Source: Octopus bimaculoides
Lineage: Eukaryota
Assembly (NCBI RefSeq): GCF_001194135.2
Contig: NC_069001.1
Location: 36,700,351-36,764,350 of the forward strand
Length of the DNA stretch: 64,000 nucleotides
Direction of reading: 5' to 3'
This document shows, one piece after another, positions 39,226-52,415 of this stretch (position 1 is the first letter of the stretch; each line of letters begins with the position of its first letter). A program made the translations under genes and the position numbers. The notes beneath the pieces are model-generated. The model saw only the letters and a program-made list of their open reading frames with translations, was not told the origin of the DNA and ran no database searches.

Positions 39226-42200
39226 AGAATATTGTACCGTTATAATATCATGCTACACATAGATTTGTTTAAAGGAAGGGAAACAGGAAGAACATCCAGC
39301 CAAAGAAAAATAATCTGCCTTTGATAAATCTTATCCAACCCATGCAAACGTGAAAATGCAGAAGTTAAAACCACAATGGCAGCAATGCTGTTGATGATAG
39401 CAAAGATGATGATGATGATGATGATATGTGTGCGCATATTTGTGTGTGCATTGGTCAGGGTGCCGTGTGCATCTGCGATGGTGGAATGTTTTCGTTGCAC
39501 AGAATATGTAATGTAAGCAGGAGACGTCATGAATCTTTGGTCCCTTGTGCATCTGTTTGCTCTGTTGTTGCAGTAACATGAGAGGTAGGTTCTTGGTTAT
39601 CTTGAAAAATGAAAAATGAACAGCCATGTGCATGCATGCACACGTGTGTGTGTGTGTGTTAGATCCCATGTTTTGCTTAATTGCAAATCGTACATTAAGA
39701 TGGACAATTAGTGAGCTTTTTCTCACAGCATATGATAACAACTAATACGTAACACACACACACACACACACGTTATGTTAGTTCATGATTATCGTCGTTA
39801 TCCATCACAAGGGAGAAGAAGATGGGTTACAGCATGTCCAGTTGTGGCCAATCAGTCGAAGGGCTCTGTCACAGGTCAGGCATTGGTGATCTGCAGGAAC
39901 GGAAGGCAAGGAGTTGGTTCTGGACTGGCACAGTTCTCATTTTCTTTGTACCCCTGCAATCCTGTTCTGTCTGTAAGGGGTCACACACACACATATATAT
40001 ACACAGCAGGCTTCTTACAGTTTCCATCTACCAAATCCACTCACAAGACTTTGGTCAGCCTGAGGACACTTGCCCTAGGTTCCACACAGTGGGACTGAAC
40101 CCCAAACTACATGGTTTGGAAGCAAATTTCTTACCATGCAACTCCTTATAAGGGAATTATTCCTAGAATCTCTGCAAGAGGTAGGGCAGGCAAGCAGACA
40201 GGCAGGCATGGGTGATAGATATCAGGAAGCAAAAGGGGTGCGAAGTGGGAGTGGGTGGGGGTTGGGGGGTACCAGGCTCAACAGGGTGTTAAAAAAAATT
40301 AGAAACAAAAGAAAATACGATAATGGCACAAGTAATTGGTTCTGAGATTGCGGTTGATGATAATACGTGCAGCTTGAGCATGTAACATGTACCCCGGTAT
40401 CAAATAGCTGCCTCTTTCTCCTCTGACAAAATGACATTCTCGGCTCTCCCTGCCCCCTACTGTCGAAGGGGCCCCTTTCACCACCTCCCCCACCACCACA
40501 TCACTCAACCACTGGGAGACATGAGACATGCAAATATTCTAAGTTGGACTTGTCACTTTGTAAGAGATGAGACAAACTTAAAGATGACATAATTGCTGAT
40601 GATGGCTTCAGGGGTGGAGAGGAGGATAGAGAAAGAGAGAAAGCCTCAGAAATAGAGTGAGACAGACAGACAGAGAGAGAGAGAGAGAGGGCTTCATTGA
40701 GAAGGCAGATAGATAGATAGATAGATACCTTGAGAGATGGAGGGAGAGAGAGGAGAAGAAGAGAAAGGGAAAAGGTTTGATTTTCAAGGTTAATCTTTAG
40801 TGATATTTAAGAATATACTTAAATCCCCATTAGTAAACTATTCAGGATTTTGTTTTGTTTTGTTTTTTCTTGTTCTGTGGAAGTGTGCTTGAACTGTGAG
40901 TGACATAATGCTGCATATGTATCTACATTTCCCCCCTGTGTGTGTGTGTAGTTTTAAGATATTAGCTATGGAAGAAGGGGTACAGAAATATCATGTTATA
41001 AGTTGTCACTTAACGAAGAAAAAGTTCATCCAAAAAAAAAAAGTAAAGGAGCTTATCAGTATGTTATTATGGTTACACTAAATGTCAAAGACAGCTTCTG
41101 TAATTTAGAAGAATTAATTGTGACAAATGAGGTGGGAAGGGGTGGAGCGGACGTTTGATTGCACTAACGTCCGACAAGCAAGATCCTTCATGCCGTGGTT
41201 CCGTGCCGATGTTTGGCTTATGGACTTAATAAGGGAAGATTAATTTCCAAATTTCTGTCTGTAATTTTTGCTNNNNNNNNNNNNNNNNNNNNNNNNNNNN
41301 NNNNNNNNNNNNNNNNNNNNNNNNNNNNNNNNNNNNNNNNNNNNNNNNNNNNNNNNNNNNNNNNNNNNNNNNNNNNNNNNNNNNNNNNNNNNNNNNNNNN
41401 NNNNNNNNNNNNNNNNNNNNNNNNNNNNNNNNNNNNNNNNNNNNNNNNNNNNNNNNNNNNNNNNNNNNNNNNNNNNNNNNNNNNNNNNNNNNNNNNNNNN
41501 NNNNNNNNNNNNNNNNNNNNNNNNNNNNNNNNNNNNNNNNNNNNNNNNNAAAAGCAGGGAAGACATGGTTTGATGGCAATAAAGTTTATAAAAGATTCAG
41601 AATCTAATTTAATCTTTTATCTTTTACTTGCTTCAGTCGTTAGACTGTAATGAGCTGGCAGAATTGTTAGCACACCGGGCAACCTGCTTATTGGGATTTC
41701 ATCCATTTTTATGTTCTGAGTTCAAATTCTGCCAAGGTCAACTTTGCCTTTCATCCTTTCAGGGTCCGTAAAATAGTACCAGTTACATACTGGGACTGAT
41801 GGAATCTACTCCCTCCCCCAACTAAATCTACTGGCCTTGTGCCAAACATTTCCAACCATTATTATTAATTATTTAGATTTTTGTTTTATGTTTTCTTTTT
41901 TGATTTTGTTTCTTAATTACAAATATATTTTCATTTTGAAAAAAGTCAAAAATTCGATTACATTTTAGTTTCTGTTTAGACAGGACACCTCTTTAGTCTT
42001 TTCATTTTCAAATTTTTGTCATTTGGCATGTGTGTGTGTATTGTTATTATGTGATGGCTGTAAATGAGTGCCACTGTTACAAAAGCAGTGTCATTTCTTT
42101 CCAATATTCTGCAATTATAAATGTAAGTGTAAGGATTGGGCCCAAATAATAATAGCCCACATCAGACAGAATGAATGAAAAATATAAATAAAAATGAAGC

Positions 42201-42438
42201 CTTCATCAGCTGTCTCACTCGGGATTCTAACAGTTTCAATACCTTCAAACAGAAAACACACCCACTTACACACAAATATATTCTAATGCTCACATTTTGA
42301 AACTGGGATTGAAGTTGGTGAAGAAGCATGATTATAAACATGGAATCCATTCCTGCATCAAATGTGAATGACACCAAAAAGAAGAGTAGAGTAGGTCGTT
42401 CTGGTATTTTTTTTTAATGCTTTCTCTTTGCTTTTCAG

Positions 42439-42483
42439 GCAGAAGAAAACAAAAAATGGGAATGAAATCTCCTACACAGTCAG
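42439..42483 (+). CDS. NAV: Candidate alternative cassette exon of NAV (G-RRKQKMGMKSPTQS)
   Basis: Acceptor tttctctttgcttttcag|, donor CAG|gtatag, 45 nt, phase 1 to 1, open in the NAV frame. No homology or RNA support. Confidence 0.6.
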
Positions 42484-45400
42484 GTATAGAAACAGCGTTT
42501 AACACTAACACACAATGTTATGGCCTGACATAGAACTGCTTAATGATTTATATATAAAGAGAGAAAGTAGTGCACTTGTTATATCAAAAATATAGAACAC
42601 CATTTAACACTAACACACAGTATTACAGCTAAACATAGAGTTGCTTAATCACTTGCTCACTGATGTAGTTATACTCATACGCATGCTTGTTTGTGTATAT
42701 TCTTTTATTCTTTTCAGCCCTAAGGTTGTGGCCATCCACATTAATATATATATTTATTATTGAATGTATTTTACAAACATGTAACACTCTCTTACAGTAC
42801 TTGGAGATTTCCAGCAAGTCACGGGTATGAAGTGATCCTATAATGGTTGCACACAACAGCTAATGCACAGTGGCATGTGTGTTGATTACAAATTAAAAAT
42901 TGGTTAGCTCCATACCTGTGGCTTGCTGGGAAACTGTGAGTACTGTCTGTGAGGGTTCTATGTTGGTATAATATGCTGAGTATCAAATATATTCCTCTTT
43001 GTCAATGATATTGAGGTCTACTTTTTTTTGTTGTTACACTTGCAGTTAATCATTTTATAAATACGTTGGAACAAAATGTTTTTGGTAGTGAACAGAATAG
43101 TTTATTTATTGGTATTAATAATAAACGAATTAATTGTTCTTTAGTTTATTTATGGAAAGTCTTCAAATTTCTCAAGGTAATGAAATGAAATAAAATGGAG
43201 TGAAATTAAAGAGGAATATTTATGCAATTATCCCCCACCATAGCTGGGGGTCTTTATCTCACAAGTTACTTGGTGACCCCCACTAGTGCTGGTGCTTAAC
43301 TAATAAACTGTGCCAAAGTAGATAGTGGCGCTTGGTGCTGTCCCCTGATTAACCAGTACCAGTCAAACCAGCCAACCCATACCAGCATAGAAAGCAGACA
43401 TTAAATGATGGTTTTGTTTTTTGTTTTTTTTCATTTCATTTCCTTGGCTAATTAGAAGACTTTCTGTATCTCTATATACAAACAAAGGAACGATTTCTTC
43501 ATTTCTTGTAGCATTATTATTACCAATATATATGTGTGGAGTGCATCTATTACATCAAAATATTTCTGTTTCTAACGATTTATGATTACATTTTTTTTTT
43601 TTTTTTTAATTATTGGTTTCCGTTCCTTAACCATCTTTGTCTTTCCCAAACTAAAATTCCTGGAATCCAGATCATTGAATAAATACAACAGGGATATTTT
43701 ATTAGGATTTCTTACAGATTCATTTCTTTAACCAACTTAAGCGTTCACAACAACAACAACAATAAAACTAATCAAATGTTTGCCATTTGACTCACGACTT
43801 CCACCATTGACTTCTTCTTCACCTTTTTCCTCTTCTTTGCCTTCTTCATGTTCTTCCTTCTTTTCTTCCACCTCTTCTTCACCACTTTCACCTCTTCTCT
43901 TTCTCCGCCACAAACGATGAGACACCTTTAATTACAAAACCTATATTAGATGACATCCAAATGTTTACACACAAAGGTTTCCAAGAGGAATCCCAAAGAA
44001 AGACATATCTTTTTCTATTCTTTCTTTTTTTGTTTTTTTGTTCTTCCCCCACCCCCACCCCATATGTGTTGACTTCAAGAGACAAGAATGATGCCAGACA
44101 AAGCCGGAAGTAGAAAGATTAAGAATCAGGGGGCAGATGGGTGGGGAGGTTATTACTATTCGATGTGATGTGATGTGACAATTTCTATCGCAAATTCACA
44201 AGTTGTTTGGTTTTAAAATGAAGTCAAAGGAATAAAAGGAGTATGAGGTGACAGTGGCAGCGGTGGTGTAAGATTAGAACCTCTTGTAACAATGGATTAG
44301 TTAAACAAAGCAAAGACACTTATAGACATTATCCTTATTAAAGGCGGCGAGCTGACAAAACCATTAGCACACCGGGCGAAATGCTTAGCGGTATTTCATT
44401 GAGGGATATTTGGCTACTGTTTCTATTTGGTTTGTGGTGACCGCATAGCATCTCCCTTGTTTCACTCCTTTCTTAGGAAACATGTTGGTGATTTCAGAGC
44501 AGAGAATGAGCTTGTCAATGGGGAGATCATGAATGGTGATAGAAGAACTTTGACAAACTTAACTGGTTTATTGATTAACCAAACAATTAATCGAACAGTC
44601 AATTAGTTAATTGATTGAATGGTTAACCAATTAACAAATAAATAATGAAGAAGTGAAATAGAACCGGTGTGTGTTTATTATTGGCATATTGACCCTCCCA
44701 AGATACAACAAAATCTGTTTCAAGACAGGAGTTCATGTCAAGAATCATGCAAACCAAATACAAGACAAAATTTTATAAAGAATTGTTATATTTTCTATTA
44801 TTTTTAATTCCATTATAACATTTTGTTTGTCAAAATTAGCTCAGAACATTGAAACTAGTTTTCGGTTTACTAGAACAATTAACTTGTTTTTTATGTTTTG
44901 TTTTGCATTGTTTTGTTTTGTTTCTGTCCCTAACAAAAGACCTTAAAAAAAACAAAAATGATTGAAAATGATTTTAAAATATTTTCTGGGGGTTTTTTTT
45001 TCTTTTTTTCCACTTTTATAGTTAACAACAAAAAAAGACCTTATTTCTATTTTATCAATTTAATTAATTACATCATAAAATACACACACGCACACACATG
45101 CATGCATACAGCCACACACATATACATATATATATATACATATATGTTTGCTGGTATTATCTGATATCAATAAATTTGATTGTTTATCTTTTTCTTTTGG
45201 GGTCAGTAAGGGTTCTTTGTTTCCCATTTTTTCCTCTTGTTTATCACATTTTCATTCATATTAAACATCAACTTCAAATGATAAAGAAATTTTGTTTGAT
45301 TTTTTAAATTTTTTTTTTTATGCTGTTGTTTTGAAAAATCTGTCTCTCCATCATGTGCCTATATACATACATACATACATACATTTATTATATTGTGTTT

Positions 45401-46414
45401 ATTTATGACAACAGACTGTAGCGAAACAATTAGGTTATGAACACGAGACTTTAACATTTGTTCATTAACAAGCTTTTGTTTTAACATTAACCTTTCTTTA
45501 ACATTTTCGTTTTTACCTTTTTTTCAAATTGTGTTTTGAATTGACTCTTGCATATCAAATTATTTACATAGACATAGACATACAACACAATTGATGGTAG
45601 ACCTAATATGTCACCTGGTTTAACGCCACCATCTGGCACCTTGGGGGCGGTCTTTATTGGACCTCATTCTGTTGCAAGAATTCAGGCCAGGTTAGGGGTC
45701 TGGTTTGAGGTTATATTTCTGTCTTACCACCCACCAGTCCCAGAAGCCCTGTGAAGAGTCACAGGAACACTCTTCCCTCCTGACTAAAAGATTACAAAAT
45801 TTTAATAAAAAAAAAACAAAAGCAATATATAAATAACCTCCACCTTCCCACCCACCCACTGGAGAACATCTTCCAGCTGCATTTACCAATTCCATGAAAA
45901 ACTCTGATGAATCGAGAAGCAAGATTTGCTGTTCTCAAAATGAAACATCTTACAAATTGTAAATAAATGTTGTAAATATAAATTAGAAACTCTGCCCTCC
46001 AATACATGTCATTGAGTACTATTTTTAATTTGCAGACATCTTAAATCTTTTACTAAGGTGTATATGTGTATGTATGAGTGTGTGTCTGTATACACACTCA
46101 CATATTTATTTAACCATGTGACAGTCTTAGGATTATGGCCGTTTTGCAACTTTCTTCATGTAATATTAATTTCAGTGCGGAAGAAATTATGCTAACATCT
46201 TTGAATTAATATGTCTGCTCCACATTGTATATTAAAAAATCAATGGAAATCAAGAATCTGTGGTACCGAGCAGAATATTTGCTGTAGTTCATCCTTTATA
46301 CCCAGACAAAACAATGTACAGGATAACACTTCCAATCAGTTGAGTTCAGAAGCCACGAGAGCCACTGCCTGGTACTGCATCATCATCATTATTATTATTA
46401 TTATTATTAATTTT

Positions 46415-46630
46415 TAAGGCAATGACTTGACAGAGTCGTTAGCACACTGGACAAAATGCAACATTTCATCGGCCTTTATGTTCTGTGTTCAAATTCAGCC
46501 AAGGTTGCTTTTCCTTTTCATCCTTTTGGGAGGTCAATGAAATAAGTACCAGTTAAGCACTGCGGTCAGTGTAATCAACTTACACCCTCCACCAAAAATT
46601 GCTGGCCTTGTACCAAAATTTGAAACCATT
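46415..46630 (+). mobile_element. Family A SINE upstream of a NAV acceptor
   Basis: Matches the consensus, followed by (ATT)n. Similar single copies near 28400, 29645, 41650, 44341, 49031, 58240 and 61383. Confidence 0.85.
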
Positions 46631-46635
46631 AATTG

Positions 46636-46681
<46 letters not shown>

Positions 46682-46707
46682 ACTTTTCTTTTTTGTTCTA
46701 CTTTCAG

Positions 46708-46805
46708 ATATAATGCAGATCCCAGAGACTCCTGATCGTGAAGGAAAGCGAGTAACAATCACTGTTTACTTGGGGTCAAATCCTGATCCAACTAGGGCTC
46801 CAGAG
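46708..46805 (+). CDS. NAV: Neuron navigator exon (DIMQIPETPDREGKRVTITVYLGSNPDPTRAPE)
   Basis: ctttcag| acceptor, GAG|gtcagt donor, 98 nt, phase 1 to 0; joins 26696 as G+AT = Asp. Confidence 0.88.
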
Positions 46806-46844
46806 GTCAGTTCCTTAGTACTTTACTCACAAAGATTTCTTTAA

Positions 46845-47890
46845 CCCTTTTCATACCAAACTACTTATGACTTCTACAATACGAACTTCTTGTTTTAAAG
46901 TGATCAAAATTTCACATTAATTTATGCTCCAAACTTCAGCTTAAATTACCACAAAATTATTTCACTAAATTCTTCATTATTTTTTAGATTAACTCAAAGG
47001 CGGCGTATTTTAACAGAAATATAACAAAATGGTTAACTCTTTTGATACAATTCCACCAAAGACTGCCCCTAGCAGGGTTAAGTAGGAGTTTTGAAGTGGG
47101 TCATTCTCTGCCTTTTACAGAATGGCAAACATTTGAACCGACCTTTTGGTTCCCTGCCCGCCAGACTTCAAGCTTTTTAACCCTTTTGACGCCAACCTAT
47201 CAAAGACTGTTTTTGGTTCTTTGGTACCTATTCCTTGATTTAAAGTAATCTAAATTAAAACCTTTCATCGAAATTTCCTGTTAATTTCTGTTGCAATCAC
47301 AAGCTTATCAATGACAAAGTTATTCTACTGAATTCTTCATTATTTTCAAAATGAGTCAGTGTATTTCAACAGAAATCTGGTAACAAGGATTAAGTAGGAA
47401 TTGTTAAGTGAATTATTCACTGTCTCTTACAGAATGGCAAACATTTAAACCAGACTTCTGGTTCCCTGCCTGCCAACTTACAACTTCTTAACCCTTTAGA
47501 TGCCAATCTAAACAGCCCCTGGTTCTGTGATCCAAATTTCTTCTTTTAAAATTATCTTTAATAAAACCTTCTTCCATCAAAATTTCATGTTATTTTATGT
47601 TCCAAAGAGAAGATCAATAATGACAAAGTTATTTTACTAAATTCTTTATAATTCTTCAAAATTAATTTAAACAAATGCACTGGTTTTTAACAGAAAAAGA
47701 GCAACAAAACAATTAAAGTAGAAGTCGTTAAGTGGATTCTTCTCAGCTTTTTATAGAATGGCAAACATTCAGACCAGACCGTCTGGTCCCCTACCTGCCA
47801 ACTTATAAGTTTCTTAACCCTTTTGATGCCAACCTGCCTGACACTGCCCTGAATCGCTGATACAAACATCCTGTTCTAAAGCAATCTAAA
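46845..47890. mobile_element. piggyBac-like MITE (46845-47032) followed by a tandem array of MITE+spacer units
   Basis: TTAA|CCCTTTT..AAAATGG|TTAA; units recur at 47078, 47390 and 47713. The same MITE family occurs near 55455-55730. Confidence 0.75.
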
Positions 47891-48642
47891 TTGGTAAGAG
47901 GAAGAAATTCAGCCATGAAAAATACTCTGCCCCTATGGAAATGGAGATGATAATGAGTACGATGATAATGACAAGTACTGTGATAACGATAACGATGATT
48001 CATTATCATTGTTTACATCATCATCATCATCATCATCATCACGCCATACATGGCCAAACATTGAACTACATAACGTTATGTAGCTTTGCCTACTTCCATT
48101 TTTCATTGTTTTTGTATGTTTTGTTTTGGTGGGGGTTTTTTATTAATTTTTTTTTTCTTCTTCCTGTTTATATTAAATAAATTATAAACAGGAAACTATT
48201 TTATTCCGTCAGTTGAGTAATTCCCCCCCTCCCCCTCCCGTCTCCCCCCTCTTTCTCTGAAAGCAATTATTGAATGAATTAGAAAACACCAATAATCTAC
48301 ATTTTTTCCCAAGAAAATATATTCATTCAGCCATTCCATCATGTATGTTATCTCTCTCACTGGCAGCCAAAAAATGGCCCCGGTGGGGTGGGGGGGATTA
48401 AAAAATAAAATAATAATAAATCTGCTCCACACCAAAGCAGTTAATTATCCTATCAGCATTTAGCAGAAGAATAATGGGTCTTTTGTTTGGTAGCTTTTTG
48501 AGGGTTTTTTTTTTTTTTTTTTTTTTTTTNNNNNNNNNNNNNNNNNNNNNNNNNNNNNNNNNNNNNNNNNNNNNNNNNNNNNNNNNNNNNNNNNNNNNNN
48601 NNNNNNNNNNNNNNNNNNTATATATATATGTGTGTGTGTATG

Positions 48643-48679
<37 letters not shown>

Positions 48680-48991
48680 ATGTGTATGTATATATATGTG
48701 TATATATATATATATGTGTGTATGTATATATATCTATATGTGTGTATGTATATATACATATATAAATATCTATGTGTATTTATATGTATGTGTATATATC
48801 TATCTTGTAAACAGTTGGGGAGGTTCTCTTTTCTTTCTGTTAACGGGGGTACCTGTTACTATGGTGACCTTAATAGATTTCAATACTTACTAAACATTCC
48901 ATATTGCCATTCCAGATTACAAATTGCTTGTTTTAAAAGAGTGCCCTTACAAATACTGGAATGACAGACACTCTCCTCATAGTCCATATTC

Positions 48992-49032
<41 letters not shown>

Positions 49033-49304
49033 GGCAGTAAGCTGGCAGAACCGTTAACACGCCGGGCGAAATGCTTAGCAGTATTTCATCCATCTTCATG
49101 CTCTGAGTTCAAATGCTGCCAAGGTCAACTTTGCCTTTCATTCTTTTGGGGTCAATAAATTACGTACCAGTTACACACTGGAGTCGATGTAATCGACTTA
49201 ATCCCTTCCACAAAATTTGAGGCCTTGTGCTTCCAATAGAAAAGATTATTATTATTAGTAGTAGTAGTAATATCATGTGTGTATATTTTCTTTTCTAATT
49301 GCAG

Positions 49305-49394
49305 AAGTTGCCAGAGGTTCTTATTGGCTCTTTATCTGTAAGTGGCAAAACCAAATGGGATATTCTAGACAATATTGTACGAAAGATATTTAAG
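49305..49394 (+). CDS. NAV: Neuron navigator exon (KLPEVLIGSLSVSGKTKWDILDNIVRKIFK)
   Basis: ttgcag| acceptor, AAG|gtaagg donor, 90 nt, phase 0 to 0; SGKTKWD.LD is conserved in NAV. Confidence 0.93.
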
Positions 49395-49704
49395 GTAAGG
49401 TTTTTTTTGCTTTGTTTTTTTTTAAGACATTTTTTTTTTCCTTTCCTTCTAAAACTTTTTCGGAATAACAATGTAAGCATGTGGCCATTTTATTTTTATT
49501 CCTTTTATTTCGGACGTTCTCAATCTTTTATTTTATTTAGATATTTTTTTTGACTCTGTGGTGCATCAAGAATTAAATAAGATTAAAATTACTTGTTTAG
49601 GAAAGTTTGAAAAAAAAGGCTGTAGAAGTTTGAAAATAAAGAAATATATATATAAAGGAAATTATTGCTTACCTTGTTTTATATATATCATCATCATCAT
49701 CATC

Positions 49705-49944
49705 ATCATCGTTTAACATCCGCTTTCCATGCTAGCATGGGTAGGACGATTTGACTGAGGACTGGCGAACCAGATGGCTATACCAGGGTCCAATCTGATT
49801 TGGCAAAGTTTCTACAGCTAGATGCCCTTTCTAACGCCAACCACTCCAAGAGTGTAGTGGGTGCTTTTATGTGCCACCGGCACAAGGGCCAGTCTAGCGG
49901 TACTGGCAACGGCCATGCTCAAATGGTGTATATTACGTGCCACC
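49705..49944 (-). mobile_element. Family D repeat running into a gap
   Basis: Same body and 65-66-bp unit as 31590-31902. Confidence 0.8.
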
Positions 49945-50553
49945 NNNNNNNNNNNNNNNNNNNNNNNNNNNNNNNNNNNNNNNNNNNNNNNNNNNNNNNN
50001 NNNNNNNNNNNNNNNNNNNNNNNNNNNNNNNNNNNNNNNNNNNNNNNNNNNNNNNNNNNNNNNNNNNNNNNNNNNNNNNNNNNNNNNNNNNNNNNNNNNN
50101 NNNNNNNNNNNNNNNNNNNNNNNNNNNNNNNNNNNNNNNNNNNNNNNNNNNNNNNNNNNNNNNNNNNNNNNNNNNNNNNNNNNNNNNNNNNNNNNNNNNN
50201 NNNNNNNNNNNNNNNNNNNNNNNNNNNNNNNNNNNNNNNNNNNNNNNNNNNNNNNNNNNNNNNNNNNNNNNNNNNNNNNNNNNNNNNNNNNNNNNNNNNN
50301 NNNNNNNNNNNNNNNNNNNNNNNNNNNNNNNNNNNNNNNNNNNNNNNNNNNNNNNNNNNNNNNNNNNNNNNNNNNNNNNNNNNNNNNNNNNNNNNNNNNN
50401 NNNNNNNNNNNNNNNNNNNNNNNNNNNNNNNNNNNNNNNNNNNNNNNNNNNNNNNNNNNNNNNNNNNNNNNNNNNNNCACACCAACATCAGTTGTCAAGC
50501 AATGTTGCGGGGTACAAACACAGACACTCAACCCCCCCCCCCACACACACACA

Positions 50554-50586
<33 letters not shown>

Positions 50587-51445
50587 GATGGGCTCCTTTC
50601 AGTTTCCGTCTACCAAATCCACTCACAAGGCTTTGGTTGGCCCAAAGGCTATAGTAGAAGACACTTGCCCAAAATGTCATGTAGTGGGACTGAACCCAGA
50701 ACCATGTGGTTGGTAAGCAAGCTACTTACAACACAGCCACTCAGGCAATGTTTCTGTTTATATTTTCTCTGTTAAAAACGTGGCGGCGGCAGCACCAAAA
50801 AAATGCCGTGGATGATAGCAACTCTCAAGAGGGCCAATATACATGTGTGTGTGTGTGATATCATAATCTGAAATATCATCTTTTGTTTGCAATGCAGTGG
50901 CATGCATGAGAACAGATCCATATTCTAAGAATGGAATATCTTAAGTAAAATTAAGCATGGAGAACTCACAGACACTAAAAATAAACATTTTTTTTTGTCT
51001 CTCTTTAGTATCATTTTTATGTTATTTTTCTTCTCATTTCTGAGTGTTTGTGTTATGATAATGTGATAATGGATGAGAAAACGATGCAGTTTTTCCTAGT
51101 CCCTAAGGGACACATTATATAAGATGAAAAATAGATTAAGGCCCCAGGGTGGGGTGGTGCAAATGCATAAAAAAAAGAGATGTTTGCGTAACTGAACGAA
51201 GACAGACATAGCATTGAGTAGAGTTTCAGGATGCGGATTATTTGCTTTTCGCTAAACTGATTAGAAACCTGAGGCTGCTGCTCTGCTCTTTCAGCCTTGG
51301 GGAGAGGGGGTTTTTGTTTGTTGCTTTTTTATCCTGTCCCTCTTTCGTATTTTCTTTTTTTATTCATTTGTTAATATTTGGGTTTTGTTATTTTGCGGTT
51401 TCTTTTTATTTGCTTATTTTACACACTTCAACATTAACTTGTGTG

Positions 51446-51483
<38 letters not shown>

Positions 51484-52379
51484 ATACATATATGCACTTA
51501 TATACGGATAGATATACTGACTGTTAAATAGATATTGCCCTTTACACACACACACACTGATACAAACATGCATTTGTGTGTGTGTGTGTATTTACTGCAA
51601 GATGCTGTCTATTTCGACTGTAGAGATTTGCAGACTTACATAATAATTTCAAATATGTTGGTTATGTGTGGCAAGTGGAGTAGTGTGTCTTGTCTAAGAG
51701 CAAGCATACTGCTCTGTTTTTCAATTAATGTATCCTTAATAACTAAACTAACAAATCTTTTTGAAGGAACAATTAGTTAAGAGCTAAAACAGGGAGCAAA
51801 GACAGTCTTGGGTGGGTTGCTATGAAAAGGGTTAAGATGGGTGCTGGCCTACAGATCAGGTGAATTCATACTTAACAATGCAGTCACTGTTATGCCCCTG
51901 AGACAAGCACATAGGTTTGCTTGTTCTTCCAGCCTTTACTTCATGGTTGAATGACTTCAGCAGTAAGAAGAGACAACCAGCTGTAAAAACAATTGCTTCA
52001 AGAAAAAAAAAAAACAAGCTGGTATTTGTTAAAAAATTAAAAAAAGAGAGAGAAATTGATGTAAAAACAGTGAAATATATATGCATAAATAAATTAGTCA
52101 TTAGCATAATTTATGTATGATGTGTTTAATTGACACAAACATGCGTGAACACACAGAGGGCTTATCTGAATGCTAATGTCTTTCCAAAACCTGATATTTA
52201 TTGTTTTGTTTGGTAGTTAGGATGAAGTTTCAATAGTGTAGGAGGTGAGGTTTATGGTATGGGGGGTTCTGTAAAAATGGGACTTTTATAACCCAGTCTC
52301 TCTTGTTAACCCTTTTGATGCCTATTTACTCCTGTCTAAATCATGCCAGCAGGAAAAAACAGGCATGAAATGAAACATA

Positions 52380-52415
<36 letters not shown>

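Larger units (their letters stand above)
1764..50477. other. Assembly gaps (N runs): 1764-2096, 3451-4289, 19259-19369, 22352-22518, 23424-23783, 27442-28116, 30285-30321, 31903-32561, 41273-41549, 48530-48618, 49945-50477
   Basis: Read directly. Most abut microsatellites or repeats. ORFs spanning them are meaningless. Confidence 0.99.

Noticed and set aside
43145-43176. 32-nt AG..GT segment in the NAV intron
   Set aside because: It does not preserve frame, reads as low-complexity sequence, and has no supporting motifs.
1681-50775. Long ORFs made mostly of X
   Set aside because: They are open only because they cross N gaps.
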